A stretch of 59,261 nucleotides of DNA from the IMG/VR virus record IMGVR_UViG_3300031566_000031, positions 1-59,261 of that record; one strand, 5' to 3'. Of this stretch, positions 29,029-38,722 are shown piece after piece; position 1 is the first letter of the stretch, and the number at the start of each line of letters is the position of its first letter. A program made the translations under genes and the position numbers. This stretch comes from a virus (taxonomy: Duplodnaviria > Caudoviricetes). A model generated the notes under the pieces. That model had not been told where the DNA came from, ran no database searches, and worked only from the letters and a program-made list of their open reading frames with translations.

Positions 29029-32000
29029 ATGACGAACGGGTACGGTTCAGATCCCTTCGGCGAAGGGCCTTACGGCTCGGTCGGAGGCGTCCTCATCCCA
29101 CCAGCCCACCCTCCGGGTGGGGGCTACGGAACGATGCCCTACGGCACGGGACCGTATGGTGGAATCTCGTACCCTCCTCCGACTCCTCCGGTCACTAGCG
29201 GATACGGCGGCTACGCCTACGGGCACGGGCCCTACGGATCTCTCGCCCTCACCACGAGTGAGGTCACAGGCGCGACCTCGATCTCGGGCTTTCAGCTTGA
29301 GATCCTGTTCTCCGCTTCGATGCAGATCAATGCGGCGCTGCTCGACCCGGCCTCGTACACGGTCACGGATATTGCGGGAGCCGCCCCTACCGCTGTGGTC
29401 AGCGTGGCTGTCGGAGTCACGGACGACTACGGGGCAACCTCCGTCATCCTGACGACGACGGGAACCACGCTGGGCGGCACCTACGACGTGACGGTCGTTG
29501 GCCCGAAGAACATTTCAGGCACTCCGATTGAGGCCAGCGCCCCGAACAACACGACAACAGTGCTGACACGCGGCGAGCCGCCGGACTACACCATCGATCC
29601 CTCGGCTGTGGTCGGGAATGAGATCACGATCTCGTTCGACACCGACATGCTGCCGGAAGCCGGCTTCTCGCCGGGTATCGAGGATCCGACCGCGTACAAA
29701 TTCGTCCAGCCCGCCGGAGTGGACCCCTACCCTGTTGAGCTTACGGTCCTTGCCGTCGAGCACCCGTATCTCGGCGATCTGTCGAAGGTGAAGCTGACGG
29801 TCCAGGGCATGACCTCGGTCGCCTACCAGTCGATCATTAGCCCCGCCGATTCGGTACGTTTCACGGGCGACATACTGCCGTCGGCGAGCACCGAGTACAT
29901 CGGAACGGAGATCGGAACAGGGTCGTCCATCCCGACCCCCTCCAACGGACTCCTGCTTTCCAAGGGCTTCGGCCCCGACTACGGCTGGTCCTTTGCTGAC
30001 ACCACCGGCAAGGTGTTGCCCGGCTCCTCCTACCGTGCGGAGGTGACGATTGATGTTGCGAGCGCGGTGATCATGCCTGCGCTGCTCGACACCGTGTTCG
30101 CTACGTGGACGGTCTCGGACGGAGCCATCGAAGCCACGATCAGCCTCACGCGTGTCGGAGGCATGGATTTCCTTGAGGTGAGCAGTGGTGCCTTCTTCGT
30201 GACGGGCGCCCTGGCATGGAGCACAGGGCCCGTCACCATCTCTCTCGTCCGCAACCAGAAGGCCGACACGTACACGGTCGTCGTCAACGACAACCCGTTT
30301 GTCGCCTCACCAACGGCCAGCTACACGGGAGCACCCACTATCGCGCCGGGTGCTCGGTTCCTTCTCGACCCCGGCGGGGTCTATCAGGTCACGTCGTTGC
30401 CCGTGACGGCGGTGACATACACCAGTAGCCAGACCGTGTTCTCGGGCGCCTGGAACTTCCTTCACGGCACCGGCTCGGTGTTCCAGGGAAACGCACTCCT
30501 CACTCGTGACAACCTCCTCACGGACAAAGGCCCTTTGGTCAAGGGCTGGGGCGACGCAACCCCGGCCACGAAGCAGGATGTAACGGTCTATGTCAACGGC
30601 GTGCCGGTCGGGGTCGATTCGGTCAACCCCTACATCGGCAAGATCTTTCCGACCATCCCGATCCCGCTCATGCCGGCCGGTGCGATGACGGTCGAGGTGG
30701 ACTACATTTGGTTCTGCTCGCCCCCGATGGCGCTCGCCGGATTGAACACGCTCGGTCTCGTACTCAACAAGTACGACCTCGACCCGGGCAACAACATCGT
30801 GTTCTCGTCCGGTGTCGGGCTCCCCGGCGGAGGTTCGACGGAAGGCGCTCGGTTTGAATTTGGCGTGGTGCTCGGACCCCGAGAGGCACGCAAGCCTCTT
30901 CAGATCTCGCACCGTTACATCGCCTACGAGAAGGGGTACACGGCTTCGCTCAACTCCCCAACGACGCTGTTGCTGAACCGAAGCAACCACACGGTCGCCC
31001 TCCCTGACAAGCAGAAGGTCCCCGAGTCTATCGTGGTCGCCTTCCTCGGGGACGAAGCCCCGACGGCTGCCAATCCAGCGTGGGTGTTGACAGGCGTAGA
31101 CGCGAACCCTGACCCCGACGCTAGCCAACTCTCGTCTGTCTACACCATCGTGGACGACCAAGCTGGGTCGTTTGGGACGGGAGACGTGGCGATGTACTCC
31201 CGCGAGGAGGATTTCTCCCTCCCTTCGACTATCACCCTCGTCACTCGGTTCCAGGGTGACAAGGACACCGCGACGTTCGACGGCGTGTTCTCAGGCATCG
31301 GCTTCGGAGTGCACGACAACGAGTACCTGTACCTCGTCGGATCGTTGCTCGTGAACGACGTGCAGCACGTTGGCATGTTGGTCGAGCCGACACGCTGGGA
31401 GGACGTTGCGTCTTGGACATTGGCCTACACGGCGGCGGTGCAGATCGAGACGGTCAACACCTTCTCGATCGCTTCTGAGAACATTCCCGCCCTGGTCCGT
31501 TCTGAGACGATTCTGGACCAGCTACCACGGTTCCAGATCTTGACCGGGACACAGGCAGGGGTCTACGCCGTGGAGGAGATCGTGGACCACCGCGACGGCA
31601 CCTCGACGGTGAGAGTGTCCACGGACAATCTGTTCCCTGCCAACCCTGGTGTATTCGGCAACGCCTTCTTTGACATTCACTTTGAATCGAAGTGGGATGA
31701 CGGGGACAACGGTGTCCGTCCCTCGACCTACCGGCTCGTCGTCAAATCGGATGTGAAGGGCACCCCGAACGGGCGCGCCGAGCTTTACATCGGGGGCACG
31801 CTGGATGGCCTCGCGCTCACCTTGGAAGGTGTGCCGCGTTTCGCCCGACCCCCAGACATTCCGCTTGTCCTCCCTGCGAGTGACAAGGGCCAAGTGTTCT
31901 TCGGCTCCTTGAGCCGGCACGCAACCAACACCTCCGACTGGTCTTTCCTACGCTACGGCGTGGAGCCCGACCGTTCCACGTTCCATTTCCGAGGCATCGT

Positions 32001-34491
32001 CGCAGCGGCAGAGATGAATGATCTGCCCGAGGACGACCCGAATAATATCTGGTTCTTTACGCAGCGCTTCGGGTACACAGAGATCGACTCCACGGCAGAC
32101 ACACTGCTGCTCAAGGCCACCTCGTCTGAGCTACAACCGGAGCTTTCCGGTCTCGACCTGAGCATGGGATACGGCCGCATCGAGCCGTTCCTGACGCGGC
32201 GCATGAACATTGACGTGGACCTGAAGCTCCGCGTCGATTCAGGCATCCTGGGGGCAGGCGACGCAGAGGTCATTGTCCGCGACGACCAGCGTGAGGTACG
32301 GCTTTCCACCCTGCTCTACGAGGAGACGGCGACGGAGAGGGCACTCGTTGGCCCCCTTCCCTCCACCAGCGTCTCTGGGCTGCTGCTGCCTGAAAACCAG
32401 GGGTACACCAAGACCGGCTCCGTCACGACTGAGCGAGTCCAGGGGCAGATCATCCAGTGGGTTCAGGCTACGGGTGAAGCGGTTTCGTACATCGAGAACT
32501 TCTCCGATCTAACCCCTGATCCGTTGCCGGGCAGGGGCCGGGTCATGGAGGCGCGCCTGGCTGTCCTGTCTCTGACCACAGGTTCGGTCACAGGAGATAC
32601 GGGCATCATCTTCGGTACAGACGCGGACGACGGGGCCCTGACCCGTGGGGTAGGCATGGCCCTTCGCGCCCCTGCTGGCGGCGACCCGGCTCGCGTGGTT
32701 CTGTTCTCGGTCGATACGGGAGTAGACGTAACCACCTACGATTTCGACTGGCAGGATGGCGAACAGCACACGTACCGCATCCTCATCGATCCCGACCTGG
32801 ACGCTGTGACGACCGTGTTGGATGACGTGGTGCAAGGCGTCGCGCTTTTCACCTCGTTCGCCTTCACCTCAACCGTCGATCAGGTTGTGACTGGCCTGCT
32901 CGGACCCACGACCGTCGCGTCCGTCGAGCTTGAGTCCTTCTCCGTTGTCGTCACACCTCCGCCGACGGTGAAGCGCACGTTGGGTGTGTGGCTTGGCGGC
33001 GACCCCGACGAGATCAACAACTGGAAGATCCCCAGGACAGATGGCGTCTCCGTTTTCTTGAATAGCGACCTCTCCGCTGTGGTCGAGGAGATGGATTGGC
33101 GTGCGGACATGGTGGTCCGCATCCACCGCGACGTGACCTGGGGCGTCACGATCTTGCGGCCGGACCTTCCGCCTCCGCCGTTCTTCACAGGCAACTTCGC
33201 CACGCAGATCACAGAGCCGAGCGCGGGCTGGATCAACGTCGAGTACCGCAACCTGCCCCTGCTCAACAGCCCACTCCTTCAGGGCACGAAAATCTCCACT
33301 CTCCAATCGAACACCCCGCCGCCTCTCGGCTTTGTGGGCTTCGGCGCACTCGATTCGCGTTCCATCTCCCAGCAGCGCTGGGGTCAGGTCCGCTACCGCA
33401 TCTACGAGTACCCGAGCGAGGACATTATTGCCCCGCACCACATGGTTCTGAACCAGTACAACGTGATCAACAGCGGTGAGCTTACCGCCGACATTACGAT
33501 TGAGGAGGTGGAGGTTGTCTCGGTCAACAACTACACCGTGTCGTTGCGCCCGTCGAATATCACGGCCGACCGGGTGTTCAACATCCAGTACGAGGACGTT
33601 GACGGGAACACAGTCGTCCTCAACTGCGACCAATTCACCTTCGACAAGAAGACGCAGACTCTTTTCCTCAAGGACGACCTCACGTTCCGTCCTTTGATCT
33701 TCGTAGGGGGTCCTCCCGATATCACGATCGAGGACGACACGATCGAGGAGTCGGGCGAAACCACAGACAGCTACCTTCTGACGACCGGGCTCGCCCTTAG
33801 CAGCGATGCCATCAAGATTCCGGTGGTCGTCCGGTTCAACCCTGGCAAGCCTGTCACGAAAACGTACCTGTGCTCGCAGCCGTTGGAGAACGGCGTGACC
33901 ATCTTGAACGAGGGGACGCCGCCATACCCCAAGGACAAGACGGGCAGCGAGCCGGGGACGGTCACATTTGGGTCGAAGATCAACGACCCGAACGACACGC
34001 TGACCAACGACCCCGACTTCATTCTCAACGACCCGTACCGTTCCATCGAATTCGATCCGAGAGATCCGAACGACCTCTACGAGTGCCTTGAGTTCTGTGA
34101 GGTCACGAATGATGGGCAGACGCACCTTCTCTCGCCTATTTGTGACGCCAAGGGCCTGATCGAATTCGCCCTGGAGGGCGTGGCCTTCCAAGAGACGCAG
34201 CCTTTCCTCTTGTTCGATGGTCCAAATGGGGGCGCAGGAGGCAATGGCACCCCGAATGCGGGAGTCCCCAACACTTTCCTCTACACGATGGGCGGCACTG
34301 CGCCCTCACCTGGGGGGCTTTTGAATCAGACCCTCCTGTTCCCCGCGACCCCTGCCGGTGGTGGCGGGGCAGGGCCTCCTGTCGGCGGTCCTGGCGGTAC
34401 TGTGCAGTGGAGTGTGATCGGCACGCTCTACGACACGATTTCGGGGACCACAACAACCCTCTATTTCGACAAGCAGGCCCCTTTCCCGTAG
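29029..34491 (+). CDS. Large virion structural protein with Ig-like and lectin-like beta domains, 1820 aa
   Basis: N-terminal GYG..PYG.GPYG repeats, then two Ig-like units (LEILFSASM...DPASYTV; ITISFDTDM...DPTAYKF) and a concanavalin/LamG-like segment (FDWQDGEQHTYRILID...VTTVLDD). Confidence 0.65.
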   Translation: MTNGYGSDPFGEGPYGSVGGVLIPPAHPPGGGYGTMPYGTGPYGGISYPPPTPPVTSGYGGYAYGHGPYGSLALTTSEVTGATSISGFQLEILFSASMQINAALLDPASYTVTDIAGAAPTAVVSVAVGVTDDYGATSVILTTTGTTLGGTYDVTVVGPKNISGTPIEASAPNNTTTVLTRGEPPDYTIDPSAVVGNEITISFDTDMLPEAGFSPGIEDPTAYKFVQPAGVDPYPVELTVLAVEHPYLGDLSKVKLTVQGMTSVAYQSIISPADSVRFTGDILPSASTEYIGTEIGTGSSIPTPSNGLLLSKGFGPDYGWSFADTTGKVLPGSSYRAEVTIDVASAVIMPALLDTVFATWTVSDGAIEATISLTRVGGMDFLEVSSGAFFVTGALAWSTGPVTISLVRNQKADTYTVVVNDNPFVASPTASYTGAPTIAPGARFLLDPGGVYQVTSLPVTAVTYTSSQTVFSGAWNFLHGTGSVFQGNALLTRDNLLTDKGPLVKGWGDATPATKQDVTVYVNGVPVGVDSVNPYIGKIFPTIPIPLMPAGAMTVEVDYIWFCSPPMALAGLNTLGLVLNKYDLDPGNNIVFSSGVGLPGGGSTEGARFEFGVVLGPREARKPLQISHRYIAYEKGYTASLNSPTTLLLNRSNHTVALPDKQKVPESIVVAFLGDEAPTAANPAWVLTGVDANPDPDASQLSSVYTIVDDQAGSFGTGDVAMYSREEDFSLPSTITLVTRFQGDKDTATFDGVFSGIGFGVHDNEYLYLVGSLLVNDVQHVGMLVEPTRWEDVASWTLAYTAAVQIETVNTFSIASENIPALVRSETILDQLPRFQILTGTQAGVYAVEEIVDHRDGTSTVRVSTDNLFPANPGVFGNAFFDIHFESKWDDGDNGVRPSTYRLVVKSDVKGTPNGRAELYIGGTLDGLALTLEGVPRFARPPDIPLVLPASDKGQVFFGSLSRHATNTSDWSFLRYGVEPDRSTFHFRGIVAAAEMNDLPEDDPNNIWFFTQRFGYTEIDSTADTLLLKATSSELQPELSGLDLSMGYGRIEPFLTRRMNIDVDLKLRVDSGILGAGDAEVIVRDDQREVRLSTLLYEETATERALVGPLPSTSVSGLLLPENQGYTKTGSVTTERVQGQIIQWVQATGEAVSYIENFSDLTPDPLPGRGRVMEARLAVLSLTTGSVTGDTGIIFGTDADDGALTRGVGMALRAPAGGDPARVVLFSVDTGVDVTTYDFDWQDGEQHTYRILIDPDLDAVTTVLDDVVQGVALFTSFAFTSTVDQVVTGLLGPTTVASVELESFSVVVTPPPTVKRTLGVWLGGDPDEINNWKIPRTDGVSVFLNSDLSAVVEEMDWRADMVVRIHRDVTWGVTILRPDLPPPPFFTGNFATQITEPSAGWINVEYRNLPLLNSPLLQGTKISTLQSNTPPPLGFVGFGALDSRSISQQRWGQVRYRIYEYPSEDIIAPHHMVLNQYNVINSGELTADITIEEVEVVSVNNYTVSLRPSNITADRVFNIQYEDVDGNTVVLNCDQFTFDKKTQTLFLKDDLTFRPLIFVGGPPDITIEDDTIEESGETTDSYLLTTGLALSSDAIKIPVVVRFNPGKPVTKTYLCSQPLENGVTILNEGTPPYPKDKTGSEPGTVTFGSKINDPNDTLTNDPDFILNDPYRSIEFDPRDPNDLYECLEFCEVTNDGQTHLLSPICDAKGLIEFALEGVAFQETQPFLLFDGPNGGAGGNGTPNAGVPNTFLYTMGGTAPSPGGLLNQTLLFPATPAGGGGAGPPVGGPGGTVQWSVIGTLYDTISGTTTTLYFDKQAPFP

Positions 34492-34502
34492 CGGATCTGA
34501 GC

Positions 34503-34536
34503 CGGTAGCTGGCCTATGGAACACCCACTCACGAAG
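34503..34536 (+). promoter_or_regulatory. Putative phage late promoter motif, copy 3 (variant)
   Basis: CGGTAGCTG-GCCTATGG-N11-ACGAAG in the gap before the 34547 gene. Confidence 0.5.
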
Positions 34537-34546
34537 GCGGTACGCC

Positions 34547-35251
34547 ATGTCTGAACGCGAAACGAAGATCTTGGTCCCAGACCAAATGGGAGCCCCTATC
34601 CGCAGGGCGGGGGTCAAGTGGGGTGCTGGCATCTCCCACGAGGAGGATTTCGATTTCGATCGCGCCCCCAACCCGTCTTTCAAAGTGAAAGGGCGCGTCA
34701 TTTTCGACATGCGCGATGCCCGTACTGGCGAGCCCATCGAGTATTGGGAGAAGGACAACGTGATCACCTTTGACGCCGGCCTCCTGGTGGCTCGGCTGTG
34801 CAAGGACCCGTTGGAACCGAATTTCGGGATCAATATGCTTGGGATCGGAACGGGCGCCCTCGGCTCGCTCCTCAACCCCGACGCCCCGAGCAAGCAGCAG
34901 CGGCGGCTCAACAACGAGATCGCCCGCAAGACCTTCTCCTCGACCACCTTCCGTGACTCCAATGGCGCCGCTGTTGGCATCCCGACCAACGTGGTCGATT
35001 TCACCGCGACCTTTGGAGAGTCCGAAGCGGTCGGCGCGCTGAATGAGATGGGCCTTCTGTCCACCGTTTCGGCGAACGAGGCGATCACGAACGACAACAC
35101 CAACTTTGCAGGACAAGGCGGCGCAGCCTACGACCCGACCGTAGACGTTGTTCCTTTCGACATGCAGGTCAACCACCTCACTTTCGGAGTGATCGTCAAG
35201 CCCGCCACCGCGATCCTGACGATAACTTGGCGATTGACGTTTGGAGGGTAA
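34547..35251 (+). CDS. Baseplate / tail-fibre attachment protein (tail-collar-fibre-like fold), 234 aa
   Basis: Pattern NVIT..G...A.L; MLGIGTG; L.NEIARK; FTATFGESEAVGALNEMGL; F..IVK...ILTITWRLTF is typical of myophage fibre-attachment/baseplate proteins. Confidence 0.6.
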   Translation: MSERETKILVPDQMGAPIRRAGVKWGAGISHEEDFDFDRAPNPSFKVKGRVIFDMRDARTGEPIEYWEKDNVITFDAGLLVARLCKDPLEPNFGINMLGIGTGALGSLLNPDAPSKQQRRLNNEIARKTFSSTTFRDSNGAAVGIPTNVVDFTATFGESEAVGALNEMGLLSTVSANEAITNDNTNFAGQGGAAYDPTVDVVPFDMQVNHLTFGVIVKPATAILTITWRLTFGG

Positions 35252-35258
35252 CTAGCTA

Positions 35259-38200
35259 GTGGCCCGCCACGACAAATACTTTCCCGGTTCCGCTGTCTCC
35301 CGCTATCTCAAGCCAGGGGAGACGGGGTTCTCGCAAGTCGTCCATCAGGCGGCCCGGCCGGTCTTGGACTCCGAGCTAAACCTCGACCAAGAGCTTCGCA
35401 CACACCTTCAGTCCGTGCTGGCCCAACGGCGCATCCCGAGCGGATGGCTGCGCGGCCAGTCGCGCGCGGATGCTTACGCTGATTTCTCGTTCGACCCCCC
35501 GTGGCTTGCAGGCCCGACCCTCAACCCCGCGTTCACTGCTGACAGCTTCCACCTGCGGAAGCTCCAGGCGATTGTGGCGGGGCATCTGGTCGATGTGGAG
35601 TACACGAACACCGACGCCGAGGGTGACAACCTGATCATTCTCGACCCGGCGTCTCGCTTCGACGGCACCCCTCCAACGTTCAAGCGCACGGATTTCGTGT
35701 GGCTGGAGGTCTGGCTCAAGCTCATCTCTGACAGCGCGAACGCAGAGGCGACACTCACCGTCGTCTCTCCGGTCACTGCGATCGTGGGCGACACCGTGAC
35801 CGTGGCGGGGTTTGTATTGACGGGGATCGCCCCCGGCCCTCCTCCGCTGCCGACCGAATTCACCATCGACCCGGCGAGCGCAACGATCACGGCTGCCTCT
35901 TTGGCGGCTCAGATCATCGCGTCGGTTCCGGCCGTCACTGTCCAGGTGACAGGCAACAGTCTTCGGGTCATCGCGGCGACCTCCGGCACAGCCGGCAACG
36001 CGATCACGATCTCCTCTACGGGCGTGGGTCTGCCGATTTCCCCGGGCACCGGATTCCTCGCCGGAGGCGTGGACGAGCCGGGCAAGCCCAGCGAAGATCT
36101 GATCTACCGCCACGGCAACATTCAATCATCTACCACGGTCGCTCTGCCTGACGACATTGCTGACCCCGCGTTGAGCGCCGAAACCTCCAAGCGGGTGCAG
36201 GTGCAGTATTGCATCCGGCACTCAGGCGTTGCGGAGGGGATCAACTTCAAGATCGATGCCGACGGGTTCTCAAACCCCGCTGTGTTGGCCCAAGGCCCGC
36301 AGCCCGCCCCTGTTGCGTTGTACCCCTTCGTCCCGGCCGATCTGAAATCGACGCGGGACAACAGCGATGCCCGCGACCAAGTGGCGGGCACCGGCATTGG
36401 CTACGGCGTCGAGGATACGGGCCTGTGGATTGCTGGCGACGGCACCCTGGCCTCCGCCACGGACCTGGGCACGGTCGATGGCTATGTCTACGCGCTTCCG
36501 ATCTGCTTTGCATTCCGTCGCAACGATGCCGAAGGTGGGGCAGGCTTCGCCCCTCTGGCGAACACGAACGGGGCCCTCGCACACGACCATGCCCCCTTTG
36601 TGAACCCGGCGCTCTACTCCGTCGTGGACACCGCTGAATCGGATCGACCCGACAAAGCCTTCCACGACGCGATTCGGGACAACGACCTTCTCGACCTTCG
36701 CCGACACACCAGTTTCCAGGGAGCGGACCTCGCCGCTGAGTTGCAGCACCAGATGAAATCCCTGCTCGATGGGAATTTTCGTACCTGGGCTATCGACGCT
36801 GCTGACAAGAACGAGCTTGGAGCGGGCTCTGGCGACGTGTCCACGCGTTTCTTGGTCTGCAACCAAGTGGGTCGTACCGAGACGAACCCACCCGGCCTCA
36901 ACGGCGTTGCGCCGTTGTCGGGTGACACGACCCGCGGTGACACGATCCGAAACTTCGACCACGTTGCGCGTCGCTTCGGCGACCAGTCGGTAGTCGAGCG
37001 GTTCGTGATCTCCTTCGTCCCCGGCGACGATTTCGCTACCAACCCTGGCCGCTACGTGACCCGTGCCGGCTTCGCAGCCGCTTTCGCAGGTTGGGCTGAG
37101 GGTGACGTGCTTGAGCTTGACCTCGCCGCACTCAACGCCACTACGCTTGGAGATTTCGACGTGGCCTTCGCTTCCTTGGCGACGGGCAACGTGTTCGATT
37201 TCATGCCGGCCGGAACTCAGATCACGGACGTGCTATCGGTCTTTCACGACGACGGCAACTACGACTCGGTGGAGGACCAGACCGTCAAGCCGACCCTGAT
37301 CGCTGGTCTCGGCACAGAGCACGTCAGTATCACGCTCGACGCAAACGCGACCCAAGTGAACGCCGGCCTTGATACGGCCGGGGTCTATCACGACATGGTG
37401 GGCACGTTGATCTCGGGCGACGTGGGCTCCTCTCGCCGCATCTTCTTGGAGGTCGAGGTCACGTACCCGCTTGGCGTAGGTACGACCGATACTCCCGACC
37501 TTGAGGTGGTGCAGGACGCAGATCCTTACCCCTACGGCCCGCTGATCGAGAACGACATTACGTTGGCTCAGCGTCCGCCGGACATGGAGAATCCCCTGGC
37601 GCCGAATTTCCGCTCTGGCTTCCGTGAGGTGCACCTTGAGTACATCGCCCGTGACGCCACTGGTGGTGTCGCCAACGCGGGTGCGCCAGTGGGAGCTATC
37701 ACGACAGAGACACTTGTCTCGCGCAACGACCTGGAGCTTGTGCTCGGACGACGCGCCTTCGGCTCGACGGTCTCGACCATCGGAGTCACTGATCAACAGG
37801 ACGCGGGTGGTCGTACCATCAACACGAACCTGACCGATTACGGCTCCTCGTCACGTCTCGTCACGCTGCTCAACAGCGGAGGAGGCTCTGCCGTTCCCTT
37901 GTCGGGTGCAGGCCAGACCCAAGTGGCTGTCACCTTCTTCGCCCAAGATGCGGTGCCGAACTACGGTCCTGCGGGAGCGGGCTATCAGGTCGGTGTCTAC
38001 TACCGCTCCAACGCCCCGCAGACCGCAGGTGTGAAGGAAGGAACCATGACTACGGGTGGCGTCAGCGACTTCCCGTACACGGGTGCTACCGGGCCGCTTC
38101 CAGAGGAGCTTCTGATCGAGCCTCTCGTCATGGCTGGCGAGTTGTGGACAGGCACCGTCGGCATGGGCAGCGTGGAGCTTCCGTTCCCGTATTTCGCCCC

Positions 38201-38720
38201 GCTGGACCAGATCCCGATCAACGATGGGTCCACCTCTCCGGTGCCTCCCGCCCCCGGCGATGAATTCCCCGGCGAGTGGTATTTCGCTGCGACGGCGAAC
38301 ATTTCGATCGATGATTTCGACGCACAGACTGGCCTGCTCGCGCTGCATCCTTTCGTTCAGGCGGATGGGACGCAGGAGTACCAGATGGGTGGCGTGAACA
38401 TTGACGAGGTGCCTTTCAAGGATGCCGAGTTCCGAGCGGCATATCCCGTGATCAACAAGGACGCATACCGTCCCACGGTGTTCTCCCAGCCTCTCAGCGG
38501 GGTCGTCCGCCATAAGGTTTTCATGCCCTTTTTGGCGAAGGCGCGGGCTGACTCCGTGCTGTATCGCAAGGACGAGCTTTTGCTTGTCGTGATCTCTCGC
38601 TGGGCTGCGTTGGACGAGAACAACACGGTGCGCTTCGTGGACACCGACTCCGGCAACCGAACCTGTGCCGGGGTGTACCGCACACGGAGCCTTCTGCTGA
38701 CGGCAGGGAACGGAGAATAA
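35259..38720 (+). CDS. Baseplate/fibre structural protein with a DUF6519/DUF4815-like N-terminus, 1153 aa (paralog of 47802..53414)
   Basis: N-terminal VVHQAARPVLDSELN motif and many blocks shared with the 1870-aa protein. GTG start preceded by GGAGG. Confidence 0.65.
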   Translation: MARHDKYFPGSAVSRYLKPGETGFSQVVHQAARPVLDSELNLDQELRTHLQSVLAQRRIPSGWLRGQSRADAYADFSFDPPWLAGPTLNPAFTADSFHLRKLQAIVAGHLVDVEYTNTDAEGDNLIILDPASRFDGTPPTFKRTDFVWLEVWLKLISDSANAEATLTVVSPVTAIVGDTVTVAGFVLTGIAPGPPPLPTEFTIDPASATITAASLAAQIIASVPAVTVQVTGNSLRVIAATSGTAGNAITISSTGVGLPISPGTGFLAGGVDEPGKPSEDLIYRHGNIQSSTTVALPDDIADPALSAETSKRVQVQYCIRHSGVAEGINFKIDADGFSNPAVLAQGPQPAPVALYPFVPADLKSTRDNSDARDQVAGTGIGYGVEDTGLWIAGDGTLASATDLGTVDGYVYALPICFAFRRNDAEGGAGFAPLANTNGALAHDHAPFVNPALYSVVDTAESDRPDKAFHDAIRDNDLLDLRRHTSFQGADLAAELQHQMKSLLDGNFRTWAIDAADKNELGAGSGDVSTRFLVCNQVGRTETNPPGLNGVAPLSGDTTRGDTIRNFDHVARRFGDQSVVERFVISFVPGDDFATNPGRYVTRAGFAAAFAGWAEGDVLELDLAALNATTLGDFDVAFASLATGNVFDFMPAGTQITDVLSVFHDDGNYDSVEDQTVKPTLIAGLGTEHVSITLDANATQVNAGLDTAGVYHDMVGTLISGDVGSSRRIFLEVEVTYPLGVGTTDTPDLEVVQDADPYPYGPLIENDITLAQRPPDMENPLAPNFRSGFREVHLEYIARDATGGVANAGAPVGAITTETLVSRNDLELVLGRRAFGSTVSTIGVTDQQDAGGRTINTNLTDYGSSSRLVTLLNSGGGSAVPLSGAGQTQVAVTFFAQDAVPNYGPAGAGYQVGVYYRSNAPQTAGVKEGTMTTGGVSDFPYTGATGPLPEELLIEPLVMAGELWTGTVGMGSVELPFPYFAPLDQIPINDGSTSPVPPAPGDEFPGEWYFAATANISIDDFDAQTGLLALHPFVQADGTQEYQMGGVNIDEVPFKDAEFRAAYPVINKDAYRPTVFSQPLSGVVRHKVFMPFLAKARADSVLYRKDELLLVVISRWAALDENNTVRFVDTDSGNRTCAGVYRTRSLLLTAGNGE

Positions 38721-38722
38721 CG

